A stretch of 64,000 bases of DNA, from assembly GCF_963921235.1 (NCBI RefSeq), contig NC_086097.1, forward strand, positions 150,042,001-150,106,000. Reading direction: 5' to 3'. A program made the position numbers and the translations under genes. Positions 48,310 to 61,126 of the stretch are shown one piece after another (position 1 is the first letter of the stretch; each line of letters opens with the position of its first letter). This DNA comes from Mobula hypostoma (Eukaryota). The notes below the pieces were generated by a model. That model saw only the letters and a list, made by a program, of their open reading frames with translations. It was not told the origin of the DNA and ran no database searches.

Positions 48310-50413
48310 TTTTGCAGGGAAATGTACTATGGACATGTGGTCGATGTTTAGGGATCTCTTGCGGGATGTAAGGGATAAATTTGTCCCAGTGAGGAAGATA
48401 AAGAATGGTAGGGTGAAGGAACCATGGGTGACAAGTGAGGTGGAAAATCTAGTCAGGAGGAAGAAGGCAGCATACATGAGGTTTAGGAAGCAAGGATCAG
48501 ATGGGTCTATTGAGAAATATAAGGAAGCAAGAAAGGAGCTTAAGAAGGGGCTGAGAAGAGTAAGAAGGGGGCATGAAAAGGCCTTGGTGAGTAGGGTAAA
48601 AGAAAACCCCAAGGCATTCTTCAATTATGTGAAGAAAAAAAGGATGACAGGAGTGAAGGTAGGACCGATTGGAGATAAAGGTGGGAAGATGTGCCTGGAG
48701 GCTGTGGAAATAGCGAGGTCCTCAATGAATACTTCTCTTCAGTATTCACCAATGAGAGGGAACTTGGTGATGGTGAGGACAATATGAGTGAGGTTGATGT
48801 TCTGGAGCATGCTGATATTAAGGGAGAGGAGGTGTTGGAGTTATTAAAATACATTAGGGCAGATAAGTCCCCGGGGCCTGACGGAATATTCCCCAGGCTG
48901 CTCCACGAGGTGAGAGAAGAGATTGCTGAGCCTCTGGCTAGGATCTTCATGTCCTCGTTGTTCACGGGAATGGTACCGGAGGATTGGAGGGAGGCGAATA
49001 TTGTTCCCTTGTTCAAAAAAGGTAGTAGGGATAGTCCGGGTAATTATAGACCAGTGAGCCTTACGTCTGTGGTGGGAAAACTGTTGGAAAAGATTCTTAG
49101 AGATAGGATCTATAGGCATTTAGAGAATCATGGTCTGATCAGGGACAGTCAGCATGGCTTTGTGAAGGGCAGATCATGTCTAGCAAGCCTGATAGAGTTC
49201 TTTGAGGAGGTGACCAGGCATATAGATGAGAGTAGTGCAGTGGATGTGATCTATATGGATTTTAGTAAGGCATTTGACAAGGTTCCACATGGTAGGCTTA
49301 TTCAGAAAGTTAGAAGGCATGGGATCCATGGAAGTTTGGCCAGGTGGATTCAGAATTGGCTTGCCTGCAGAAGGCAGAGGGTGGTGGTGGAGGGACTACA
49401 TTCAGATTGGAGGATTGTGACTAGTGGTGTCCCACAAGGATCTGTTCTGGGACCTCTACTTTTTGTGATTTTTATTAACGACCTGGATGTTGGGGTAGAA
49501 GGGTGGGTTGGCAAGTTTGCAGACGACACAAAGGTTGGTGGTGTTGTAGATAGTGTAGAGGATTGTCAAAGATTGCAGAGAGACATTGACAGGATGTAGA
49601 AGTGGGCTGAGAAGTGGCAGATGGAGTTCAACCTGGAGAAGTGTGAGGTGGTACACTTTGGAAGGACAAACTCCAAGGCAGAGTACAAAGTAAATGGCAG
49701 GATACTTGGTTGTGTGGAGGAGCAGAGGGATCTTGGGGTACATGTCCACAGATCGCTGAAAGTTGCCTCACAGGTGGATAGGGTAGTTAAGAAAGCTTAT
49801 GGGGTGTTAGCTTTCATAAGTCGAGGGATAGAGTTTAAGAGTTGCGATGTAATGATGCAGCTCTATAAAACTCTGGTTAGGCCACACTTGGAGTATTGTG
49901 TCCAGTTCTGGTCACCTCACTATAGGAAGGATGTGGAAGCATTGGAAAGGGTACAGAGGAGATTTACCAGGATGCTGCCTGGTTTAGAAAGTATGCTTTA
50001 TGATCAGAGATTAAGGGAGCTAGGGCTTTACTCTTTGGAGAGAAGGAGGATGAGAGGAGACATGATAGAGGTGTACAAGATAATAAGAGGAATAGATAGA
50101 GTGGATAGCCAGCACCTCTTCCCCAGGGCACCACTGCTTAATACAAGAGGACATGGCTTTAAGGTAAGGGGTGGGAAGTTCAAGGGGGATATTAGAGGAA
50201 GGTTTTTTACTCAGAGAGTGGTTGGTGTGTGGAATGCACTGCCTGAGTCAGTGGTGGAGGCAGATACACTGGTGAAGTTTAAGAGACTATTAGACGGGTA
50301 TATGGAGGAACCTAAGGTGGGGGCTTATATGGGAGGCAGGGTTTGAGGGTCGGCACAACATTGTGGGCCAAAGGGCCTGTACTGTGCTGTACTGTTCTAT
50401 GTTCTATGTTCTA
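48310..50413 (+). mobile_element. CR1 LINE, 5'-truncated, different subfamily from its neighbour
   Basis: RT ORFs 48691-49599 and 49621-50346; (TTCTATG)n tail. Confidence 0.96.
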
Positions 50414-50674
50414 AAAGAACTAAATAATTCTGTAGAAAACTTTCTACGCCATGTTTAAAACCAAATTGAAAATTACGCTCTCTTCCTTTGCCGGACATCG
50501 AGGCTTATCTCCTTAAATGTTTGAACTGTTTTCCCTGTTAATCTTTAGTCCAGTTCACCTTAGCCAACTCCATATTCACTCCATTGTAATTCATTTCACT
50601 TGTTAAAGCTAGTTGTTTCTGTTCCAATTTTTTCTGTCTCAAATGGAATACAAACTTGTATCAAATTATCAATA

Positions 50675-50772
50675 TTTTCTTTCCTCCTGTAGACGTTGCT
50701 TGACCTGCTGAGATCTCCCAGCAGATGGTTTGTTGCTCCAGATTCCAGTGTCTTCAGTCTCCTGTGTTTTCT
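50675..50772 (+). mobile_element. Diverged Penelope pLTR-like fragment without hammerhead
   Basis: gacgttgcttgacctgctgag..ccagca..gttgctccagattccag resembles 9985-10070. Confidence 0.5.
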
Positions 50773-51175
50773 ATCAAACCATGATAATTTTTTTCTAGGG
50801 AGACATTGAATGTCGTGATTAAACTTGTCTAGTTGTCCATTACTTTTTCCAAGATAGACTTCATCTGGTTAGCTCCCATCCTGAAACCTATCACTTTATC
50901 ACTGTAATGTTATAAGCTTTTCCTTTCAACAAATATTGTCCTTAATTTTATTAGTTAACAAAGATGCATCCACTTTCCACAGAAATAACAATGGAAATTA
51001 TGAAATATTTCTTTAAATGACGTGTAGGTTTTGTTGAACTACATTCCAGAAAGACTTGTTGCCCTGAAAAGTTATTGTACAGATATTTTACAAGCTACCA
51101 ACTGAGATTTAGCTATTATATTCTTGATGCACTATACTCTGTTAGTTGAGATTGCTATTGGAGATCTGGTCAAGA

Positions 51176-52529
51176 ATATCTTTTCTAATGTTGATAGTCA
51201 TTGTGATAGAAGTAAAACTGAGATAGCTACACTGACGCATATGTTTTGGTCGTGTTCTATATTGGAACAGTTCTGGAAGTCAGTTTTTTCAACAATTTCT
51301 AAAGCACTTAAAATTAATCTACAACCTAATAAATTAACTGTGCTTCTTGGAATAATTCCTCAAAATTAGGTTAATCCTTTGAACCTTTATTTGATTTTGA
51401 GAAAAGATGGGGCTCATTTGCTCATTATTATCATTTGAGCTAATTGATAGATTTTTCCACGATCTAATTGTAAATTTTTTAGTATATTTTCTTTTCTAGC
51501 TGGTGGTTTGATGTTTATTTTTAGAAGCTTTTTATATGATGCATGACTTCAGGGTTGTACACCTAATGGGTTCTTTTTTTTCCTCACTTTTTCTGCTTAG
51601 TAGGTTTTTTTTGTTATCACTGTTACGTACCCCGTAACTGGGTTGCCAAACCAGCAGAAATGGATCACTCAGTTGGAGTCTGGAGTACTAGAACTAAGAA
51701 AGTTTTATTAAAGAAACAAGCAATACAGTAATCGAAAGGATAATAAATGCAACAGTTCAGCGATGATAAACACACATGTGCACAGAATTAAGATAACAGC
51801 ATCAATCAAGCTCTATCGTTGTCTAGGGGTAAATGACCAAATTTCAAAGTGACTCAAAATTCAGTCCAGTTTAGTAGTTCAGTTCGCAGTAATCATTGCC
51901 ATGGCGATGGACAACGTGGGGGAAGAGAGAGAGGGAACAGGAACAACTGATCATTCAGAACGGCTTCACTCACAGACCGGTGATATTGCTCACAAGCAGC
52001 TTTTGGGCGGGTCCTTGGTGATGTCACCTGAGGTCACCGACTGTGACCCCTCCTCCAGATGCGGTCGATCCTCTGCAGTGAACCCGGCACCCAGGCAAGG
52101 GCGGACACACACCGGGTTCCCGCTTCTCATTACCTCGGGTGTCGTGTGTCTTGCCTTAGCGAACCGGTCCCTTTTTATCCCCCTGCTGGGGTATCGCCTG
52201 TCCATCACTTCAAACAGTTCAAGGTTCAAAGGGGGGAGCCGCTCCAGACAGCTCTCTCTCCCCCGCCCCTTCATTACACATCTCCAGACGCTGCTCCATT
52301 GTTCCTTATCTCTCCTTCCCCTGAGGGCAGGTGGCAGACCACTTGCTGATGTCACTGATGCTAACCCAGGCCAGCAAACATCTTAATTTTATGTGTATTC
52401 TCGTCACATCACAAATTTCTTTTTTCAATCTTTAAGATAGTCTTTTTTGACACATTGTAAGTGTTGTTAGTTCAATGTACTCATGTTATTTTTTTGTATA
52501 ATATAACAATAAAAGGATTTGAAAAGAAA
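51176..52529 (+). mobile_element. L1-clade LINE 3' fragment hosting a solo LTR
   Basis: C-terminal zinc knuckle remnant CDRSK..THMFWSC..FW; T-rich 3' UTR, AATAAA; 16-bp TSD GGAGATCTGGTCAAGA at 51160-51175 and 52530-52545. Confidence 0.88.
51621..52408 (-). mobile_element. Solo LTR of the Gmr1-like family at 37633-42573
   Basis: TGTTACG...CGTCACA; 4-bp TSD TCAC at 51617-51620 and 52409-52412; about 70 bp shorter than the paired LTRs. Confidence 0.95.
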
Positions 52530-53077
52530 GGAGATCTGGTCAAGAGGTAAACTTCAGTCACAGTCAAATTGGCTGAAGTTTCAGCATAAATGATTATAGC
52601 TGAACTTCAGCACTGACATGTACAAAGTAAATATTACAATTCTGGTTTGTTATTCACTGGCAAGTTAAGTGTTCTGACTGTTGGTGAATCAAAACTTATA
52701 CACGTACACGAAGACTGAACATTTGAACTTGGGGCAATCAGTTCCTATAGGACTGCACTATAATGAGTCCATGCCTTTAGGCAAGGAAGGAGAAAATTGC
52801 TAACATAATTGAACTGTGAACCTGTTGAATTCTGAACCGTTTGCAATGATTAGCAGAAGTATCTTTGGCCCTCAGTCAAATCTCTTTCCATTCTGTTTTT
52901 GTCAGGTAAATTATTGTGTTTGCTTATTTTTCAACAAGTAGGCTAACTATCGTCACATCCAGTTTATTCCCTCTTAAACAGCACTGATAGCAAAATAAAC
53001 TTCCAAATCTGCTCACGCAGCAAAAAGTGGTAAAACCTAAATAAGTGCTGTAGAAAACTGTTCCTTGTTAACTCATG

Positions 53078-53259
53078 CAACACACATCAAAGTTGCTGGT
53101 GAACGCAGCAGGCCAGGCAGCATCTCTAGGGAGAGGTACAGTCGACGTTTCGGGCCGAGACCCTTCGTCAGGACTAACTGAAGGAAGAGCTAGTAAGAGA
53201 TTTGAAAGTGGGGGGTGGGGGGGAGATCCAAAATGATAGGAGAAGACAGGAGGGGTTTA
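53078..53259 (-). mobile_element. Penelope pLTR mini-insertion with intact hammerhead motif
   Basis: 15-bp TSD CCTTGTTAACTCATG at 53063-53077 and 53260-53274. Confidence 0.9.
53140..53175 (-). ncRNA. Minimal type I hammerhead ribozyme motif
   Basis: Minus strand AGTC-CTGACGAA-GGGT(CTCG)GCCC-GAAA-CGTC-GACT. Confidence 0.75.
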
Positions 53260-53297
53260 CCTTGTTAACTCATGTTCAATATGAGTCTTAAATTAAA

Positions 53298-53602
53298 ATA
53301 GGCATCCATTAGTCTCATGAGACCATGGATTTGTGCCGTGGAAAGTTTCCAGGGCGCAGGCCTGGGCAAGGTTGTATGGAAGACCAGCAGTTGCCCATGC
53401 TGCAAGTCTCCCCTCTCCACGCCACCGATGTTGTCCAAGGGAAGGGCATTAGGACCCATACAGCTTGGCACCGGTGTTGTTGCAGAGCAATGTGTGGTTA
53501 AGTGCCTTGCTCAAGGACACACACGCTGCCTCAGCCAAGGCTCGAACTAGCAACCTTCAAATCACTAGACAGACGCCTTAACTGCTTGCCCACGCGCCAA
53601 CA
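53298..53602 (-). mobile_element. tRNA-headed SINE with RTE-like 3' part
   Basis: B box GTTCGAGCC, core-like GTGTCCTTGAGCAAGGCACTTAAC, then sequence similar to 4040-4140. Confidence 0.7.
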
Positions 53603-53856
53603 CAATACGAGTCTTATTCGTTCAATTAACAGCAATCCTGTGTCAAAGATAGCAGACTGTGACTGTGACCAGGAGTTAACCTCATGTTCATTGGGCTCTT
53701 CAGAATTGATTTTGAGCATCAAACTGAAACTTTGTTAGGAGGATGTAACTGACTTTGTTTGAAGGTGAAGAAGAGGTTCAACTAATGCATATTCTCTGGT
53801 GTCTAGCCAACTGTTACATCACAATTAACATGCCAAAGGTGGAGCTTTCATAAATG

Positions 53857-54530
53857 AGGGGAGGAGAAGATGGCAGCGCGACGCAGTGCAAGCGGCCACT
53901 CCGAAATGATATCGTATTTGGAAGTAGGAGACATGCACAATCCTGATTTGATGGAGCCGGATGTGAGAAGCACGGAGGAACATCTGGGGAAACTTCTGAA
54001 ATACCCACTTTGCTGCCGCTGCTACTGTGCGATCGAGAATCTCCAGAGGGGAAGGCCCCAAATCCTCGGCTTTGCCTATTGCCTGTTGCCGGGGCTGGGG
54101 TCGAAGCGCTTTGCAGAGATGGTGCTCGGTGTCGGAGGGCTGGTCGGAGGCTCGAAGTTTTCGGACGGACTCAAGATATGGCTGTGGTCAGGTGCTTCCA
54201 GGGTGCTGCATCGGCGAGTTTGCGGCGCTGGAAGCTCATAGCAGGAAGAGCTCTTCTTCCTTCTACCATCTGCGTGAGATGATGGGACTTTCGAGAGACT
54301 TTGAGACTTTTTTTACCATGCCCATGGTCTGTTCTTTATCAAATTACAGTATTGCTTTGCACTGTTGTAACTATATGTTATAATTATGTGGTTTTTGTCA
54401 GTTTTTCAGTCTTGGTTTGTCTTGTGTTTCTGTGATATCATTCTGGAGGAACATTGTATCATTTCTTAGTGCATGCATTACTAAATGACAATAAAAGAGG
54501 ACTGCGTGTCCTCATAATCTAGTCTAATCT
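53857..54530 (+). mobile_element. Non-autonomous retroposon starting AAGATGGC
   Basis: CpG-rich 5' part starting GGAGAAGATGGC, T-rich 3' part, AATAAA and (TAATC)n-like tail; possible TSD TAAATG. Confidence 0.65.
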
Positions 54531-54859
54531 AAATGGAACTACATAAATTCTTGTCAATAACAGGATGTCAAAGTTTTACACTGAGGGATTATTTTTCTTT
54601 ACCTGATCCATTTGTTGGTAAATAAAAGATTTTCTCTTGTCTGAAAGTTATAAATGCTCTTGTGCACTAAATAATTGTTCTATTTCCTTGCACCTATGAG
54701 ATGCCAAAAGATCGTGGCTTTGATTAAATTAATGCTGAAAGCCATATATAGTTGTAACATCTGTATAGTGCTTGTCTTATCTTGTCTGACTGGTCACCTC
54801 ATTCTTTCTGAGAAAATTAAATTACATAGTACTATACTAGGTGCTTTTGGCCTTCAGAA

Positions 54860-57800
54860 AGGATGGTGTGTTGCCTCCCTGGTGTCGGGATCCAGGATGT
54901 CACGGACCGATTGCAGGGAATCCTCAAGAGTGAAGGTGAACATCCGGAAGTGGTGGTTCACGTCAGCACAAATGACGTGGGGAAGAAGAGGAAAGACATT
55001 CTACAGCGCGACTTCAGAGAACTCGGAAGAAGGCTGAAGAGCAGGACTTCCAGGGTGGGTATCTCCGGTTTGCTTCCAGTTCCCTGTGCTGGAGTGGTCA
55101 AGAACAGGGAGATAATGGATCTGAACATGTGGCTGAGGAACTGGTGCAGGAAGCAAGGATTTACATTCTTGGACCACTGGGGTATGTTTCGGGGTAAGGA
55201 TGAAGTGTACAAAAGGGACGGGTTGCATCTTGATAAGCGGGGCACCAGCATTCTGGCAGGCAGGTTTGCCTCTGCAACACGGGTGTGTTTAAACTCAGTA
55301 GTGGGGGGGGGGGAACGAACTGGAAACATAAGGATGGAGATAAAGGGAAAGTGAGAATAAGAAAAGTTAAGAGTGACAGCAGAATCAACAGAGCAGAAAG
55401 CTCAAGAAGGGATCGTACAGTATGGCCAAGTGAAATAGGAATTGATGTGGGAGGTGAGGGGAGTAATGAATTAAAAGTATTGTATATGAATGCACGGAGT
55501 ATAAGAAATAAAGTGGATGAGCTTGGGGCACAGTTGGAAATTGGTAAGTATGATGTTGTGGGAATAACAGAGACACGGCTTCAAGTGGACAGGGCCTGGG
55601 AAATGAATATTCAAGCATATACGTCCCATCGAAAGGACAGACTGATGGGCAGAGGGGGTGGGGTGTCTCTGTTAGTGAGGAATGATATTCAGTCCCTTGC
55701 GAGGGGGGACATAGAATCGGGAGACGTAGAGTCAGAATGGATAGAACTGAGAAACTCTAAGGGCAGAAAGACCCTAATGGGGATTATCTACAGGCCCCCA
55801 AACAGTAGTCTGGATGTAGGGTGTAAGTTGAATCAAGAGTTAAGATTGACATGTCACAAAGGTAATGCTACAGTTGTTATGGGGGATTTCAACATGCAGG
55901 TAGACTGGAGGAATCAGGTTGGTACTGGACCCCAAGAAAGGGAGTTTGTGGAGTCCCTCCGAGATGGATTCTTAGAACAGCTTGTACTGGAGCCTACCAG
56001 AGAGAACGCAATTCTAGATTTAGTGTTGTGCAATGAACCGGATTTGATCAGGGACCTCGAGGTAAAGGAGTCATAGGAGGTAGTGACCATAATATGATAA
56101 GTTTTAATCTACAATTTGAGAGGGAGAAGGGAAACTCGGAAGTGTCAGTATTACAGTTGAACAAAGGGAACTATGGTGCTATGAGGGAGGAGCTGGTCAA
56201 AGTTCAATGGAACAATACCCTAGCAGGAATGACAGTGGAACAGCAATGGCAAGTGTTTCTGGGAATAATGCAGAAGGTGCAGGATCAGTTTGTTCCAAAG
56301 AGGAAGAAAGATCCTAAGGGGAGTAAGGGGAGGCCGTGGCAGACAAGTGAAGTAATGGACAGTATAAAAATAAAAGAGAAGAAGTATTACATAGCAAAGA
56401 TGAGTGGGAAGCTGGAGGATTGGGAAACTTTTAAAGAGCAACAGAAGGTAACTAAAAGGGCAATACACGGAGGAAAAAATGAGGTACGAAGGTAAACCAG
56501 CCAAGAATATAAAGGAGGATAGCAAAAACTTCTTTAGGTATGTGAAAAGGAAAAAAATAGTTAATACCAAAATTGGGCCCTTGAAGACAGACACGGGTGA
56601 ATTTATTATGGGGAACAAGGAAATGGCAGACGAGTTGAGCAGGTGCTTTGGATCTGTCTTCACTAGGGAAGACACAAACAATCTCCCAGATATAATAATG
56701 GCCAAAGGACCTAGGGTAATGGATGAACTGAAGGAAATTTATATTAGGCAGGAAATGGTGTTGGATAGACTGTTGGGTCTGAAGGCTGATAAGTCCCCAG
56801 GACCTGATGGTCTGCATCCCAGTGTACTTGAGGAGGTGGCTTTAGAAATCGTGGATGCATCGGTAATCATTTTCCAATGTTCTATAGATTCAGGATCAGT
56901 TCCTGTGGATTGGAGGGTGGCTAATGTTGTCCCTCTCTTCAAGAAGGGAGGAAGAGAGAAAACAGGGAATTATAGACCGGTTAGCCTGATGTCGGTGGTG
57001 GGAAAGATGCTGGAGTCAATTATAAAAGATGAAATTACGACACATCTGGATAGCAGTAACAGGATTGGTCCGAGTCAGTGTGGATTTACGAAGGGGAAAT
57101 CGTGCTTGACTAACCTTCTGGAATTTTTTGAGGATGTAACTATGAAAATGGACAAGGGAGAGCCAGTGGATGTAGTGTACCTGCACTTTCAGAAAGCCTT
57201 TGATAAAGTCCCACATAGGAGATTAGTGGGCAAAATTAGGGCACATGGTATTGGGGGCAGAGTACTGACATGGATTGAAAATTGGCTGGCTGACAGAAAA
57301 CAAAGAGTGGCGATTAATGGGTCCCTTTCGGAATGGCAGGCAGTGACCAGTGGGGTACCGCAGGGTTCAATGCTGGGACCGCAGTTGTTTACAATATATA
57401 TTAATGATTTAGATGAGGGAATTAAAAGTAACATTAGCAAGTTTGCTGATTACACAAAGCTGGGTGGCAGTGTGAAATGTGAGGAGGATGTTATGAGAAT
57501 GCAGGGCGACATGGACAGGCTGGGTGAGTGGGCAGATGCATGGCAGATGCAGTTTAGTGTGGATAATTGTGAGGTAATCCACTGTGGTGTAAGAACAGGA
57601 AGGCAGATTATTATCTAAATGGAGTCAAATTAGGAAAAGGGGAAGTACAATGAGATGTAGGTGTTCTTGTACATCAGTCACTGAAAGCAAGCATGCAAGT
57701 ACAGCAGGCTGTGAAGAAAGCTAATGGCATTCTGGCCTTCATAACAAGGGGAATTGAGTATAAGAGCAAAGAGGTCCTTCTGCAGCTGTACAGGGCCCTG

Positions 57801-58363
57801 GTGAGAGCACCCCTGGAGTACCGTGTGCAGTTTTGGTCTCCAAATTTGAGGAAGGACATTCTTGCTATTGAGGGAGTGCAGCGTAGGTTCACTAGGTTAA
57901 TTCTCGGGATGGCGGGACTGTCATATGTCGAAAGATTAGAGCGACTGGGCTTGTATACTCTGGAATTTAGAAGGCTGAGAGGGGATCTTATTGAAACATA
58001 TAAGATTATTAAGGGATTGCACACGCTGGAGGCAGGAAGCATGTTCCTGCTGATGAGTGAAACCAGAACAAAGGCCACAGTTTAAGAATAAAGGGTAGGC
58101 CATTTAGAACGGAGTTGAGGAAAGGCTTTTTCACCCAGAGAGTGGATATACGGAATGCTCTGCCCCAGAAGGCTGTGGAGGCCAAGTCTCTGGATGCTTT
58201 CAAGAAAGAGATGGATAGAGCTCTTAAAGATAGCGGAATCAAAGGTTATGGGGATAAGGCAGGAACTGGATACTGATTGTGGATGATCAGCCATGATCAC
58301 AGTGAATGGCAGTGCTGGCTCGAAGGGCCAAATGGCCTACTCCTGTACCTATTGTCTATTGTC
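54860..58363 (+). mobile_element. CR1 LINE from ORF1 esterase to 3' end
   Basis: VCCLPG..HVSTND..DGLHL; LYMNARSIRNK; 379-aa RT ORF with FADY; (ATTGTCT)n tail. Confidence 0.96.
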
Positions 58364-58522
58364 ACACTTCTAGAGATAAAATATAGCAACATATACAAAA
58401 TATTCACATGAGTAAGAACAATTCAAAATTCCAACATTCTGTCTTAGGTTCCAAATCTCAGATATCAAATGAAAACCAAATTCCTTTTTAATTAGAATCA
58501 GTGAGACTCATTCGAATAACCT

Positions 58523-59292
58523 TTGTTACTCCATGCCCGGAATGTCATCTCCACACCCCACTGCCCACGGGAGGACTGTAATGGGGTGGAGTCGGTGACT
58601 CACCTCTTTGCATACTGTGGGTTCACGAAGAATGTGTGGAGGAGAATGGAAGAGACAGTGTCGAGATTCATGCCCAGCAGCTGTGTAACCGAGGACTCCC
58701 TGATTTACGGCCTGTTCCCGGGACTCACACGGAGACCAACATCCGATGCTGCTGGCAGATCATCAATTCGGTGAAGGACCTTCTTTGGTCAGCCCGAAAC
58801 TTGATGGTCTACCAGCACATGGAGATGTCGGTGACTGAATGCTGCCGGCTGGCACATTCTCACCTGCAGGAATACGTGCTGAGTGATGCGCTCAAACTTG
58901 GTGCAGCCACTGCGAAGGCCCATTGGGGAAGGACCACAGTTTAAGGTTCGTCACCCACGGGAGTGGGAGGGGTCGTGTGGGGAGGAGTATACCCCTCATC
59001 AGCGGTGTGGAAAGATAAATCAACAGGGTGACACAGGAGCGGCTGGAAATGTGGAAAGGTATGGACTGTAAAGGAACTTCGGTAAAGAAATGAGAGTCAA
59101 CGCCTGGCTTTTTATTGTAAATAAGTTTTATTCTTGACTAAGGTTTGAGAGTCGATGAATGATTTATTGTAAACATCTTTATTCTGAATAAGGACTGAGA
59201 GTCAATGCATGATTTATTGTAAATAACTTTATTGAATAAGGACTCAGAGTCAATGAATTTTTTTGTAAATAACTTTATTTTGTAAAAAAAAA
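58523..59292 (+). mobile_element. Tx1/L1-group LINE 3' fragment
   Basis: CPREDC..ESVTHLFAYC..VW zinc knuckle, KDLLWSARN; poly-A end. Confidence 0.8.
59092..59282 (+). repeat. About four diverged ~50-bp tandem units in the Tx1-like 3' UTR
   Basis: Recurring GAGAGTCAATG..TTTATTGTAAATAACTTTATT..AAGG. Confidence 0.8.
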
Positions 59293-59635
59293 TTCTCTAA
59301 CTAATTAGATCTATTGTTATTCCCTAGTTAAAGGTTTACAGACTAACCATTGCCTTTCTATTTATCCCTAGCTAGTTAAAAAAGTTCCTATTCTTAAGTA
59401 TTCAGTTTCAGTTTAGGTCAGTTTGTCCTCAATTTCAAATTAAAGAAAATATATACAGCTTGAGTCCTTTCCCGACAGATTCTCCATCAGCACAACTTTT
59501 AAACAAAGTAAATCCCATTCAGTAACTTATCAAAGTCTTTGCAAAAATAATCAGTTTTTGCAGAAAATCAGATTCAGATCCTTCGAATGAAAAATAAACT
59601 TATACAGCCTATCATATTAAATCCTTTACGTCATT

Positions 59636-60466
59636 AGGAGATGAGGTTGAGTACAGGGCTACTGTAGGAAACTTTGTCACATGGTGTGAGCAGAATTATC
59701 TGCAGCTTAATGTGAAAAAGACTGAGGAGCTGGTGGTAGACCTGAGGAGAACTAAGGTACCGGTGACCCCTGTTTCCATCCAGGGGGTCAGTGTGGGCAT
59801 GGTGGAGGATTACAAATACCTGGGGATACGAATTGACAATAAACTGGACTGGTCAAAGAACACTGAGGCTGTCTACAAGAAGGGTCAGAGCCGTCTCTAT
59901 TTCCTGAGGAGACTGAGGTCCTTTAACATCTGCCGGACGATGTTGAGGATGTTCTACGAGTCTGTGGTGGCCAGTGCTATCATGTTTGCTGTTGTGTGCT
60001 GGGGCAGCAGGCTGAGGGTAGCAGACACCAACAGAATCAACAAACTTATTCGTAAGGACAGTGATATTGTGGGGATGGAACTGGACTCTCTGATGGTGGT
60101 GTCTGAAAAGAGGATGCTGTCCAAGTTGCATGCCATCTTGGTCAATGTCTCCCATCCACTACATAATGGACTGGTTGGGCACAGGAGTACATTCAGCCAG
60201 AGACTCATTCCACCGAGATGCAACACAGAGCGTCATAGGATGTCATTCCTGCCTGTGGCCATCAAACTTTACAATTCCTCCCTTGGAGGGTCAGACACCC
60301 TGAGCCAATAGGCTGGTCCTGGATTTATTTCATAATTTACTGGCATAATTTACATATTACTATTTAACTATTTATGGTTCTATGACTATTTATTATTTAT
60401 GGTGCAACTGTAACGAAAACCAATTTCCCCTTGGGATCAATAAAGTATGACTCTGACTATGACTAT
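59636..60466 (+). mobile_element. Rex1/Babar-type LINE 3' fragment with open C-terminal ORF
   Basis: LNVKKTEELVVD, YKYLG, RLYFLRRLRSF, SFLPVAIKLYN; (TATGAC)n tail. Confidence 0.92.
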
Positions 60467-61126
60467 TAAGCATTTTGTTCTCACACTGGTTCTTTAATCT
60501 TGCGTGGCACACTATCTTGCTTCTTGGCTTGTTGGATGAAATAGTTGGTCATCCATGGAAGGTTGATTCACAAAACTTACATAAAAAAAAACTGACCAAA
60601 TCCCTTGGTATGAATTAACAGAACCAATTCCCAGTTACATGGTAGAGATCTTGGATACTCGTCTCTGATGATATTGTCTCTCTATAGCTGTTGCTTGTTA
60701 TAGCCATAGCTTCAATAAACCTTTTATTGATATTGTCTCTCCACCAGGAGTTTCACCCTGAGGATTTCAGGTAAGTAGGGTAGGGATGCTCACTACAAAT
60801 TCCACTTTTAATGGTTTATATCTTTACTTTCTAATAGTTTGCTGTGTTTCTATTGATTGTCCACACCTGCATCAGCCACACCTCGTTCTCACATAGCTTT
60901 CTTTCCCCCAAATTCTCTTTTTTAAAAATTTGGTAAATCTGGTTTTCATCCCTCCACAGGCGAAGATTTCTAACATTACATTACCTGGGTGTCACTGATC
61001 ATGACTTTTAAATGTTGGGTTCACAGAACTTTGCAGTTGGGCTTTCCTACACAGTTACCAAGTTCAACATACTGTTCGTTGTTGATATATTGCCTGGTTT
61101 CACAGATGCAATTACTGCAGACAATG

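Noticed and set aside
45356..50413. Possible twin-priming inversion of a single CR1
   Set aside because: Both arms contain the same RT region, have separate 3' tails and belong to different subfamilies
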